A stretch of DNA of 64,000 nucleotides. It comes from Gammaproteobacteria bacterium (GTDB taxonomy: Bacteria; Pseudomonadota; Gammaproteobacteria; UBA4575). The stretch lies in NCBI GenBank assembly GCA_965243395.1, contig CBDEUS010000002.1:192001-256000 (forward strand), written 5' to 3'. The notes beneath the pieces were generated by a model. It was not told the origin of the DNA. It did no database searches and worked only from the letters and a program-made list of their open reading frames with translations. The position numbers and the translations under genes are program-made. Shown here piece after piece: positions 10,095 through 19,339 of this stretch. Each line of letters begins with the position of its first letter. The first letter of the stretch is position 1.

Positions 10095-10676
10095 ATGGCT
10101 AAGCTTATCCTTTTCAACAAACCCTATGGTGTTCTCAGCCAGTTTACGGATACCAACAAAGATAAAAGCTCAAATAGGCAAACTCTCAAAGACTTTATTG
10201 ATATTCCGAATGTCTATGCTGCGGGCCGCTTAGATAAAGATAGCGAGGGTTTATTACTCCTTACTGATGACGGGAAATTACAAGAACGTATTGCCGACCC
10301 TCGATTCAAATGGGCCAAATATTATTGGGTGCAAGTCGAAAGAGAGTTGAGCGACGAGTCTATACAAAAGCTCCGCCAAGGGCTAAAGCTCAAAGACGGG
10401 ATGACATCACCCGCAGAGGTCCATTGTATTGCTGAACCTGATCATCTTTGGGAAAGAGACCCACCTATACGCTTTCGCAAATCAGTGCCTACGCAGTGGT
10501 TAGAAATCGTAATTAAAGAAGGCCGTAATCGCCAAGTTCGCCGTATGACGGCAGCTATCAATCACCCCACTTTAAGACTTATTCGTCACCGCATTGGCCC
10601 TGTGAACTTGGGCTCGCTAGAACTGGGTAAATATAAATGTATTGCTGCCGATAAGATAGTGAATGAATATGTCTAG
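10095..10676 (+). CDS. rluE: 23S rRNA pseudouridine synthase RluE-like
   Basis: FNKPYGVLSQF, AAGRLDKDSEG, PPIRFRK and EGRNRQVRRMTA. Confidence 0.88.
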   Translation: MAKLILFNKPYGVLSQFTDTNKDKSSNRQTLKDFIDIPNVYAAGRLDKDSEGLLLLTDDGKLQERIADPRFKWAKYYWVQVERELSDESIQKLRQGLKLKDGMTSPAEVHCIAEPDHLWERDPPIRFRKSVPTQWLEIVIKEGRNRQVRRMTAAINHPTLRLIRHRIGPVNLGSLELGKYKCIAADKIVNEYV

Positions 10677-10892
10677 CTATAAACATTCTGAATAGAAAAT
10701 ATTGGAAAAATTTTTATATCTAATTAGTGCTTGTTAGTAGTACTTTTACATGTTAAAAACCGCAAAAATTAACTTTATCCTGTTAGAAACGCCATTTAAG
10801 CTAATTCAAATTGTCGTATAATTATTTTGCGATCTTAATTACATCTTTCTTAAGATTGTAAAGCAATTACGCTTGTTCATAGGAGCTGAGCC

Positions 10893-11570
10893 TTGCGTAT
10901 CATCATACTTGGTGGGCCTGGAGCCGGGAAAGGCACTCAGGCTAACTACATTGCAGAAAAATATAATATTCCGCAAATTTCAACCGGAAACATGCTACGT
11001 GCGGCCATCGCACAAGGATCTCCACTTGGTCTGCAAGCTAAAGAAGTCATGGAATCGGGTGGCTTGGTCTCAGATGAAATTATATTAGGCTTAGTTACCG
11101 ATCGAATCGCTCAGGGTGATTGCAAAAATGGTTATTTATTCGATGGATTCCCACGTACCATTGCTCAAGCTGAAAGTTTGAAGAGCCAAAACTTACATAT
11201 AGATTATGTTATTGAAATATATGTAGATGATGATGAAATTATCAAACGTATAAGCGGTAGACGCTACCACCCTGCATCAGGACGCACTTACCACGTTGTT
11301 TTTAACCCTCCCAAAAATGAAAATCATGATGACATCACTGACGATACGCTTATACAACGCCAGGATGATAAAGAAGAAACTGTCCGTGCAAGGTTAAATG
11401 TTTATCACACTCAGACCCAACCTTTGATTGAGTATTATTCGAATTGGGCTGCCACTGGGGATGTAAAAGCACCGAGGTTTATTCAAGTAGACGGCAGTGG
11501 AAGCATCACTGAAGTTCGCGATCAAATTTTTCATTCGCTAAGCGATATCAAAGCTGCAGCACATATCTAA
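10893..11570 (+). CDS. adk: Adenylate kinase
   Basis: [18 protein letters not shown] and [15 protein letters not shown]; TTG start with AGGAG upstream. Confidence 0.97.
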   Translation: MRIIILGGPGAGKGTQANYIAEKYNIPQISTGNMLRAAIAQGSPLGLQAKEVMESGGLVSDEIILGLVTDRIAQGDCKNGYLFDGFPRTIAQAESLKSQNLHIDYVIEIYVDDDEIIKRISGRRYHPASGRTYHVVFNPPKNENHDDITDDTLIQRQDDKEETVRARLNVYHTQTQPLIEYYSNWAATGDVKAPRFIQVDGSGSITEVRDQIFHSLSDIKAAAHI

Positions 11571-11579
11571 ATTTTTTAA

Positions 11580-12071
11580 TTAACAGTCATTTTTTTTTGA
11601 CTTTGTTGACGCACTTGAATCTACGATTAAGTGTTCCAATCCATGTCGCAAATTTTTTGTAGAAATATGTACTTCCACGAGCAATAGGAGTAATGAAAAA
11701 ATAATTAACATCATTGCCGCTACAAATAAGTAAGCAATGACTGCGTCTAACCTAAAAGCTGTAATATCACCAAGAAATAAACTCATCACAACCAGACAAA
11801 CTGCCAGAGCCGAACCCACGGCTAGGCGAATGGCCCAATTAATGATTTTTGTCCGTTGCTCTAGAACGCCTGCTTCTCGCCATAGTAATTCCTGATGTTC
11901 GCTTAATTGAGCGACATGAATACTTCTATCGACACTGCGAGTACGATCAACAACTCGGCTTAGTCGGTGAGATAACACTGTTAAAAACCCGGCAATACCG
12001 GCTAGTAAAAAAACTGGCGCAACGGCTAACTGAATAACCTGTGAAATTTCGTGAATGAATACAGTATCCAT
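11580..12071 (-). CDS. DUF2721-like membrane protein
   Basis: IQLAVAPVFLL...RLSRVVDR motif and three hydrophobic segments. Confidence 0.8.
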   Translation of the reverse strand: MDTVFIHEISQVIQLAVAPVFLLAGIAGFLTVLSHRLSRVVDRTRSVDRSIHVAQLSEHQELLWREAGVLEQRTKIINWAIRLAVGSALAVCLVVMSLFLGDITAFRLDAVIAYLFVAAMMLIIFSLLLLLVEVHISTKNLRHGLEHLIVDSSASTKSKKNDC

Positions 12072-12125
12072 AGCATTTGGTAAACGTATAAAGCTTATTA
12101 AAAATTCACTGTTGTGTTTACTGAA

Positions 12126-13226
12126 TTAATGTTTGGCACCCAACTTTAGCGCACGTTGTTTGACCGCTTCTTTGTCCGGCACTTGATAATTAGTTGAGCT
12201 TTCTGGCCAACCTTGGCTATGTTGCATAATAATATTACTTAGAGCATCAATATGAACTTTCTCTGCATTCAATGCAGGAATGTAATTGAATGATTCCCCA
12301 CCGGCATCTAGAAATACGCCTCGATTTTCCATATTGATCTCTTCCAGCGTTTCAATACAGTCTGCGGAAAAGCCAGGACAAAAAACATCTATAGACTTAA
12401 CGCTTTGTTGAGGCAGTTCTTCCATTGTTTTAATAGTATAGGGTTGCAGCCATTCTGCTTTTCCAAAACGTGATTGAAAAGTTAATTGCCACTGCGATTC
12501 ATTGAGATTTAATTTTTCTGCAATTAAACGCGCCGTTTCATGACACTCACAATGGTATGGGTCCCCGAGTTCTAAATTACGTTTGGGTAAACCATGAAAA
12601 GAAAAGATTAATTTCTGGCTTTGCGAATGTTCATTCCAATAATTTTGAATTTGAGTTGCACAGGCACTTATATAATCTTTATCTGAGCCGTAATTATTCA
12701 CCATTCTCAATTCAGGCATCCAACGTTGTTGCATGAGCTCTGCTGCAACGGCATCAAATGTGGATGCCGTCGTACTCGCAGAATATTGAGGATACAAAGG
12801 CAGCACCAGAATACGTTTTGCATTATTTTGCTTTAACTCTTCAAGACCAGACTGAATGGAAGGTTCGCCATAACGCATCGCCAGTACAACTTTGACTGGA
12901 CCAGGAAATTTGTCATCGAGCTGCTTTTGTAATTCATCGCGCTGTTGCTTGCCAATCACCAACAAGGGTGAACCTTCATCTGTCCATATTTTTTGGTAGT
13001 CCACTGCTTTGGCTCTAGGTCGCGTATTTAAAATAATACCGTTTAAAATGAACCACCAGATCGGCCTTGGGATTTCAACTACTCGTGGGTCCCAAAGAAA
13101 TTCTGCAAGATATTTTCGAATTGCTTTTGGTGTAGGTGCAGCAGGTGTCCCCAAATTTGTAATGAGTACGCCTAAGCAAGCATCGCTTCCATGGACATAG
13201 CTTTCTTTGCCTTTGAATTTCGGCAT
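12126..13226 (-). CDS. hemH: Ferrochelatase
   Basis: NLGTP, LPLYPQYS, FSFHGLP, FQSRFG and CIETLEEI. Confidence 0.97.
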   Translation of the reverse strand: MPKFKGKESYVHGSDACLGVLITNLGTPAAPTPKAIRKYLAEFLWDPRVVEIPRPIWWFILNGIILNTRPRAKAVDYQKIWTDEGSPLLVIGKQQRDELQKQLDDKFPGPVKVVLAMRYGEPSIQSGLEELKQNNAKRILVLPLYPQYSASTTASTFDAVAAELMQQRWMPELRMVNNYGSDKDYISACATQIQNYWNEHSQSQKLIFSFHGLPKRNLELGDPYHCECHETARLIAEKLNLNESQWQLTFQSRFGKAEWLQPYTIKTMEELPQQSVKSIDVFCPGFSADCIETLEEINMENRGVFLDAGGESFNYIPALNAEKVHIDALSNIIMQHSQGWPESSTNYQVPDKEAVKQRALKLGAKH

Positions 13227-13361
13227 TAGTTACTTCTTATGTGCTCGTATTATGCTTTTGTGAAGCACAGACTACTGAAAAAGGTGGTCAATTAGCAACA
13301 CTATAGACCAAGACGTAAATAAGAAAATTTATAGCTATTGATAATGGAAAAGCTTATCAGC

Positions 13362-13946
13362 CTACATACTTAGGCGTTTGTGCAGTGGGCTGGTTCGAGG
13401 AAAATGCGCCAATAAAAATTTCATTTGGTCCGCGAGTACTCTGCGACCTTGTAAATAAATATATTCAGCATGTGTTGGAATGAAGGGGATCGCTAATAAT
13501 TGCATATTAGCCTGTTCAGGCGTCTGCCCTGCTTTATGGTTATTACAACGCTTGCATGCCGTGACAACATTATTCCATTCATCCGATCCACCCTGACTAA
13601 TTGGACGAACATGATCACGGGATAATTCTCTGCGATCAAATCTTTCACCGCAATAGAGACATAAATTTGCGTCGCGTTTAAAAAGAGTGCGATTGTTCAA
13701 CGGTGGAATATAACTCTCATGTAGGGATTTATTATTGCCATGTGTGGCAATGATTGAATGAACTTCGATCTCGCTACGAATTCCGCTGCGGGCATTCACA
13801 CCGCCATGAATGATATATAAGCGCTCACCACAGGTATAAGCAACCTGCTCTCCATGATAAAGGCGAGCGGCATCCTGGTAATTGATCCATTCCATTGGCA
13901 TACCGGATACATCCGTGCGTAGTACTTGAAGACCGAGATCAATCAC
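13362..13946 (-). CDS. HNH endonuclease (McrA-like)
   Basis: LFKRD..CLYCG...DHVRP..GG..W.NVVTACKRCNNHK. Confidence 0.9.
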   Translation of the reverse strand: MIDLGLQVLRTDVSGMPMEWINYQDAARLYHGEQVAYTCGERLYIIHGGVNARSGIRSEIEVHSIIATHGNNKSLHESYIPPLNNRTLFKRDANLCLYCGERFDRRELSRDHVRPISQGGSDEWNNVVTACKRCNNHKAGQTPEQANMQLLAIPFIPTHAEYIYLQGRRVLADQMKFLLAHFPRTSPLHKRLSM

Positions 13947-14082
13947 TATCGTTACTCCAACGAATCATTGGTTGCAAACTTTATAGGTAAACCACAAACC
14001 ATTGCAATCAAAGATTTGACCATATAAATACTACAAAATTCTTAAAACCCTGAAATTAGTGTGAGATTGAGGACGTTATTCT

Positions 14083-15036
14083 TTAATGAGACGTTTGATT
14101 ACCACCATCGTTGACAGCACGGTCCAGTGCTGCCTGGCTGCGTGCGATTAAAAGATCCGCATAATCCTCTTCCGCCATCTCCGCAACACCAATAGAGATT
14201 GTAAATGTTTCATTCAATTTTTGGTCCCCAAGAACCAAATGATTCACCACATGATGCAAGCGTTTAGCTACATTTTCCGCTTGTATTTCGTCTGTACCTA
14301 TTAAAATTAATGCCAAACAACCATCATCGTATTTTACTACCAAATCCATGCCACGCAGTTCTATTTGTATTGCATTTGCAACGGCTTCAAAAATTTTGTC
14401 CGCTGTATATACTCCATAAGATTGGATAAAATTATTATATCGATCAATTTTCAACATCATCACAGATAACGCACGGTTACGCATATCGCAACGCGTCATT
14501 TCATATGGAAGCGTTTCTTTCATCCATTCTTTTTTGTATAAACCTGTTATCTGATCTTTTTCATTTTTGATCTTACTTCTAGCTTCTTCATGTAGCTGTT
14601 GATAGAGCATTCGATTTAGGTCAAGCATACGTTTGACAAACAGCTTCATTAAATTTTTAGCAAAATTTAAATCACTAGAAACAAATTCCCACAAAAGATT
14701 TTCAGGAATTTCCAACACCTTACATTTGGACTGCGCTATTACAAATGCACTGGTGGGTTGTCCACCTATAACTGACATCTCACCAACCGTATCACCTGGA
14801 TTTAATATTACGACAGCCGATGCATCTTCCTGTAAATGCATACCCAAATGCCCGCCAACAATGACAAACATGGAATTATTGGTCTGGTCTTTATAGAGAA
14901 GCATCTCACCAGGATTTAAGGTTTTACTTGAACATTTTGTGAGTAGACCAGCGCACTGCTCTAAATCTACAGAGCCAAATAGACCAAGACGCGATAACGT
15001 AGAGAGCTCACGGGTATCACCAGGCGCTATGGTCAT
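14083..15036 (-). CDS. cNMP-binding domain plus degenerate GGDEF protein
   Basis: PGDTVGEMS cNMP fold; DQITGLY...LSVMMLKID...TISIGVA GGDEF fold, with KYDDGC at the active site. Confidence 0.85.
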   Translation of the reverse strand: MTIAPGDTRELSTLSRLGLFGSVDLEQCAGLLTKCSSKTLNPGEMLLYKDQTNNSMFVIVGGHLGMHLQEDASAVVILNPGDTVGEMSVIGGQPTSAFVIAQSKCKVLEIPENLLWEFVSSDLNFAKNLMKLFVKRMLDLNRMLYQQLHEEARSKIKNEKDQITGLYKKEWMKETLPYEMTRCDMRNRALSVMMLKIDRYNNFIQSYGVYTADKIFEAVANAIQIELRGMDLVVKYDDGCLALILIGTDEIQAENVAKRLHHVVNHLVLGDQKLNETFTISIGVAEMAEEDYADLLIARSQAALDRAVNDGGNQTSH

Positions 15037-15211
15037 GAAACAAATCGCATTGGTTAAAAAATATACTTTATCCCAATCGCAATTAATTTAAAACTCAAGA
15101 ACCAAAACGTCTTAATTCAATCAGATAATTGACCGGACAGGTAAATGCGAAATCAAGGATTTTATTAGGGATTACAAGTCAATTGTTGCCGTTCTGGAAA
15201 TATTTCTTTTA

Positions 15212-15682
15212 CTACCTTTGTTTATTTTTTTGTTTATGTTTTTTACGAAACGCTTTACGTTCTTCTGGAGACATACTTTGCCACTTTTTGCGCAATCTTT
15301 GTCGTTTTTCTGGCGGCAAATCTTTAAACCATTTATAACGCTCACGAATTTTTTGTTGTTGCTCAGGTGGTAATTGCTCAAACCTTTGAAATCGTTCACG
15401 TACTTTTTGCTTCTTATCAGCATCAAATGACTGCCATTTTTCTAAACGATATTTAGCTTTATCGCGTTGTTCGGGCGACATGTTTTGCCAGCGTTCAGCA
15501 CCACGTGATAATTTTTTTTGCTTTTGTGGTGATAGCTCTTGCCAACGATCTTCATATCCTTTCAATAGTCGCTTTTGCTCGGCATTTAGTTCATTCCACT
15601 CAATTGCATCTTGAGCTTGTACAGATACACAAAGCATAAGTAAAACTAAAATAGTGGTGAATCTATTCATATTCGACATCAA
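15212..15682 (-). CDS. DUF3106-like exported protein with W-x-x-(L/M)-S-P-E repeats
   Basis: Signal peptide; repeats WQELSPQ, WQNMSPE, FEQLPPE, FKDLPPE and WQSMSPE. Confidence 0.8.
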   Translation of the reverse strand: MMSNMNRFTTILVLLMLCVSVQAQDAIEWNELNAEQKRLLKGYEDRWQELSPQKQKKLSRGAERWQNMSPEQRDKAKYRLEKWQSFDADKKQKVRERFQRFEQLPPEQQQKIRERYKWFKDLPPEKRQRLRKKWQSMSPEERKAFRKKHKQKNKQR

Positions 15683-15896
15683 CTGTAATCTCTTCGCCTA
15701 TCTCAGCTTCATCTATAATTGATAAAAATATTTCAAACCATTCATCTCCATCAGCTTCAACAGACCCTAATACTTCTAAAAACTCTTCATCCAACTCTTC
15801 ATCTGTATTTGCCTGAGTTGCATCATAAGTTTCAGCTAAACCTTGCTGTAACATAAAAATTAAACATAAACTTGTAGTGCACTTAACCAGTGACAT
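15663..15896 (-). CDS. Small, very acidic exported hypothetical protein in the ECF operon
   Basis: Overlaps both neighbours; signal-like N-terminus; ELDEEFLEVLG motif. Confidence 0.6.
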   Translation of the reverse strand: MSLVKCTTSLCLIFMLQQGLAETYDATQANTDEELDEEFLEVLGSVEADGDEWFEIFLSIIDEAEIGEEITVDVEYE

Positions 15897-16233
15897 CTTC
15901 TTCAGCTAACCAAGTGTAAAACTCCAGTTCTTCGTATAACTCGAATGTATCTTGTGATGCAATTAATTCAATGGCTTCTACACCTTCGCCTTGTAAAGGC
16001 TGATTAAGTTGCGTGTTTACAATGATCACAGCAAGTAATATTGAAAACGCGGTTGCAGTAACAGCAAAAAACTTTGCAGTACCAAATTTTCTTGGCGAGC
16101 TTTCAAGCGCTTGCTGTCTGGCAGCAACAAGGCGTTGACTGGTTTCGGCATTAATGCGACTTACAGAATCATCTAAAGCTTCACATACTTGCGAAACTAA
16201 TTTTTCATCATTTAAATTTTGGTCTTCTTTCAT
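15883..16233 (-). CDS. Putative anti-sigma factor (DUF3619-like)
   Basis: RLVAARQQAL, one TM helix and ELEFYTWL; overlaps the sigma-factor stop codon. Confidence 0.75.
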   Translation of the reverse strand: MKEDQNLNDEKLVSQVCEALDDSVSRINAETSQRLVAARQQALESSPRKFGTAKFFAVTATAFSILLAVIIVNTQLNQPLQGEGVEAIELIASQDTFELYEELEFYTWLAEEDVTG

Positions 16234-16772
16234 ATGTTTTCCTGTAACTGTTCACGCAAAAAATGTATAGCGCGTGAATAATGAGTTTTCACACTACCCT
16301 GTGAACAATTCATAACTTTTGCTGTTTCAGCAACATCCATTCCTTCCCAGGCACGTAATAAAAAAGCCTGTCTTTGTCGGGGTGATAACTGTTGAATGAA
16401 GTGATTTGTCCGTTCAACAGAATCCTGTAAATCAGCTTTGGCATTAGGGCTCATCTCGTTACTACTCGCCTGCTGAACGGGATCATAAAAATCATCCTCA
16501 TCTTCATTGCTAGTAAACCAAACTCGCCAACGACTTTGAGTAGAATTTTTACGATGAAAATCCATAATGCGATTATTTAAGATACGATAAAACAACGGCG
16601 CCCATTGCTCTGCTGGTTTATGTGCATACTTACTTGCTAATTGCATCATGGCATCCTGCACTATGTCCAAAGCATCGTCCCGATTTCTTGTAGATAATTC
16701 GGCCATACGAAAAGCACGGCGTTCCACCTTAATCAGAAAATCTTCAAGCTGCTGGTGTTGTGTTGAATTCAA
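16230..16772 (-). CDS. ECF RNA polymerase sigma factor
   Basis: DALDIVQDAM, LFYRILNN and LSPRQRQAFLLR..EG...ETA..M.CS.GSVKTHYSRA. Confidence 0.93.
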   Translation of the reverse strand: MNSTQHQQLEDFLIKVERRAFRMAELSTRNRDDALDIVQDAMMQLASKYAHKPAEQWAPLFYRILNNRIMDFHRKNSTQSRWRVWFTSNEDEDDFYDPVQQASSNEMSPNAKADLQDSVERTNHFIQQLSPRQRQAFLLRAWEGMDVAETAKVMNCSQGSVKTHYSRAIHFLREQLQENI

Positions 16773-16834
16773 ACTTCCCTCTACTGTTCAGCAACTTTTC
16801 ATTAACCCACGGCCATAAAGCCCTTACAATATTA

Positions 16835-16863
16835 GTAACGCATCAGCGTCTATTTGGTTGACA
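16835..16863 (-). promoter_or_regulatory. Putative autoregulatory ECF promoter
   Basis: Minus strand reads TGTCAACC-N13-TGCGTTAC (AAC...CGT ECF pattern), about 65 nt upstream of the sigma gene. Confidence 0.55.
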
Positions 16864-17074
16864 CTTTATAAAAGGGATTAGTGCCAGATATTCCACAATG
16901 TTAATGTAATTTATTCACATTATCGGTTAATTTATAAATCTCTGGCGATAGGATTTCTGGAAAGTAAACTGTACAAATTATAGCCATATATATCAGTGAC
17001 TTAAATAAATCTCGTTTGAATATAACGGTTTCAAGGGCTAAGCGAACTAACAATTTAAACCATTTAATGCCATC

Positions 17075-17095
17075 TTATCCACAGAGTTATCCACA
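17075..17095 (+). promoter_or_regulatory. Tandem perfect DnaA boxes abutting the priA start
   Basis: TTATCCACA-gag-TTATCCACA. Also TTATTCACA at 16911-16919 and IHF-like TATCAGTGACTTA at 16991. Confidence 0.75.
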
Positions 17096-17098
17096 GTT

Positions 17099-19300
17099 AT
17101 GAGTGGCGCTACCGTATTGGCAGTGGCTTTACCTGTACCGCTGTATCAGCAATTTGATTACTTAGCCACCGATGCTCAAGCCCCCAACCATTACCAGGTG
17201 GGCATGCGAGTACGCGTCCAATTTGGTCAACGGAAACTCATTGGAATCATTGTTGCTCACAAAAAAAATAGTACGCTCCCAAGATCCAAACTCAAACACA
17301 TACTTGAAGTACTGGATGAACAACCTGTATTTGACCAAACATTACTCGAATTATTGTTTTGGGCAGCAGATTATTATCAACAGCCCATAGGAGAAGTGAT
17401 TTTCACTGCACTCCCTTCGGTACTGCGCAAGGGCAAATACATAACACCCATTAGCAATACTTTATACCGCTTAACTACGCATCAGAATATTGATAAAAAA
17501 CTAAAGCGTGCGCCAAAACAACAGCAGATTGTTGAGTTATTAAGAGCCAACCCTCAAGGACTGAATGGTGAGGAAATTAAACAATCTGTATCTTCATCGC
17601 GCAGCGCAATAAAGGCACTTATCGATAAAGATTTAGTGCATAAAACGCAGCAAGAATATCAAAATGAAGATGATTTTCCCCCAGTTGAATCTTTACAACT
17701 TAATTCTGAACAACAAAACGCATATGACAAGCTGAAAAACCAACTAAACGATTTTCATTGTTGTCTACTTGATGGCGTAACAGGTAGCGGAAAAACTGAA
17801 GTGTATTTATCACTTGCCGAAGATATATTAAAAAACAAAAAACAAGTTTTATTCCTTGTACCCGAGATTGGATTGACTCCGCAATTAGTAGAACGCATAG
17901 AGCAACGTTTAGGCAAAAAAGTTCACGTTATGCACTCGGGTTTAAATGACTCACAACGCGCTCAATCTTGGCTATCTGCTAAAACAGCTCAAGCAAAAAT
18001 TATAGTAGGAACACGCTCAGCTGTATTTTTACCTTTTGCTGATCTTGGGTTAATCGTAATTGATGAAGAGCATGACTTATCATTTAAACAACACGAAGGC
18101 TTCCTTTACAACGCACGAGATATTGCTGTTTATCGTGCTAAACAACTCTCCATACCTGTTCTGTTAGGTAGCGCAACACCATCTTTCGAAACGCAATTTA
18201 ATGTTTTGCGAAAACGTTATCAAAAACTGGCCCTTACAAAAAGAGCAAAGCAATCAAGCATCCCTGATGTTAAGTTAATTGACATGCGCTCTAAAACATC
18301 TGAAGAGGGACTATCAAATGAACTGATTCAGGCCATAAAAAGTGAAGTTGATAATAATAACCAAGTATTACTATTTTTAAATCGACGTGGTTACGCGCCC
18401 ACTATACTTTGTCAAGATTGTGGATGGGTAGCAGAATGTTCACGTTGTGATGCGCGCATGACTTTCTATAAACAAACAAATATTCTTAAATGTCATCACT
18501 GCATGAAAGAAGAAGTTGTTCCTCATCAATGCCCTTCATGTAACTCTACTAATTTATTATGGCTTGGTGAAGGTACACAACGTATAGAAAATAAGTTACG
18601 CGAGATTTTTTCTGACATAGCTATTATAAGAATAGATCGAGACAGCACGCGCAAAAAAGATGCCTTAACCGATAAATTAGCTGAAATTCATCAAGGCAAA
18701 TATCAAATTATTATTGGGACGCAAATGCTTTCTAAAGGACATGATTTCCCAAATGTCACATTAGTTGGAATCTTAAACGTTGATCATGGTTTATTTAGTA
18801 CAGATTTCCGAGCCACTGAACGATTAGCACAACTTTTAGTTCAAGTGATAGGGAGGGCTGGGCGCAGCAATAAAAAAGGAAAAGTTTTACTACAAACCCA
18901 TTTACCTGAACACCCCTTACTCAATAGCTTGTTATCACAGGGCTATAACTCTTTTAGCCAAGAAGCGTTAAAAATTCGCCAAGAATGTTCTTTACCGCCT
19001 TATACTTCTATGCTGTTAATACGAGCACGTGCTACCAAACAGACGATGACAGAAAATTTTTTACAAAAAACAAAATCCATCATGACTGGTAAAGCAATCG
19101 ATGGCTTAACCATATACGGTCCTATACCTGCAATGATGGGACGCAAAGCCGGCATGTACCAGAGTCAATTGATTGTATTTGCTAACTATAGAAAGACTTT
19201 ACAAGAAAATTTGAAATATTGGACAGATAAAATCAGCATACAGCCACTAGCAAAACGTGTCAGGTGGGATATTGAAGTTGATCCATTGGAAATTAGCTAA
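17099..19300 (+). CDS. priA: Primosomal protein N'
   Basis: GVTGSGKTEVY, DEEHD, LNRRGY, CxxC zinc pairs and DIEVDP end. Confidence 0.97.
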   Translation: MSGATVLAVALPVPLYQQFDYLATDAQAPNHYQVGMRVRVQFGQRKLIGIIVAHKKNSTLPRSKLKHILEVLDEQPVFDQTLLELLFWAADYYQQPIGEVIFTALPSVLRKGKYITPISNTLYRLTTHQNIDKKLKRAPKQQQIVELLRANPQGLNGEEIKQSVSSSRSAIKALIDKDLVHKTQQEYQNEDDFPPVESLQLNSEQQNAYDKLKNQLNDFHCCLLDGVTGSGKTEVYLSLAEDILKNKKQVLFLVPEIGLTPQLVERIEQRLGKKVHVMHSGLNDSQRAQSWLSAKTAQAKIIVGTRSAVFLPFADLGLIVIDEEHDLSFKQHEGFLYNARDIAVYRAKQLSIPVLLGSATPSFETQFNVLRKRYQKLALTKRAKQSSIPDVKLIDMRSKTSEEGLSNELIQAIKSEVDNNNQVLLFLNRRGYAPTILCQDCGWVAECSRCDARMTFYKQTNILKCHHCMKEEVVPHQCPSCNSTNLLWLGEGTQRIENKLREIFSDIAIIRIDRDSTRKKDALTDKLAEIHQGKYQIIIGTQMLSKGHDFPNVTLVGILNVDHGLFSTDFRATERLAQLLVQVIGRAGRSNKKGKVLLQTHLPEHPLLNSLLSQGYNSFSQEALKIRQECSLPPYTSMLLIRARATKQTMTENFLQKTKSIMTGKAIDGLTIYGPIPAMMGRKAGMYQSQLIVFANYRKTLQENLKYWTDKISIQPLAKRVRWDIEVDPLEIS

Positions 19301-19339
19301 ATTTGAGTACAATGCAACGCCTTTTTAAGCTAAAAATAT

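Noticed and set aside
13362-13946. HNH nuclease as a defence system or mobile element
   Set aside because: It is solitary, with host-like composition and no partner genes, methylase or repeats.
15172-15426. 84-aa alternative-frame ORF or a frameshifted DUF3106
   Set aside because: The 15212-15682 frame is intact with coherent repeats; this ORF is an overlap artefact.
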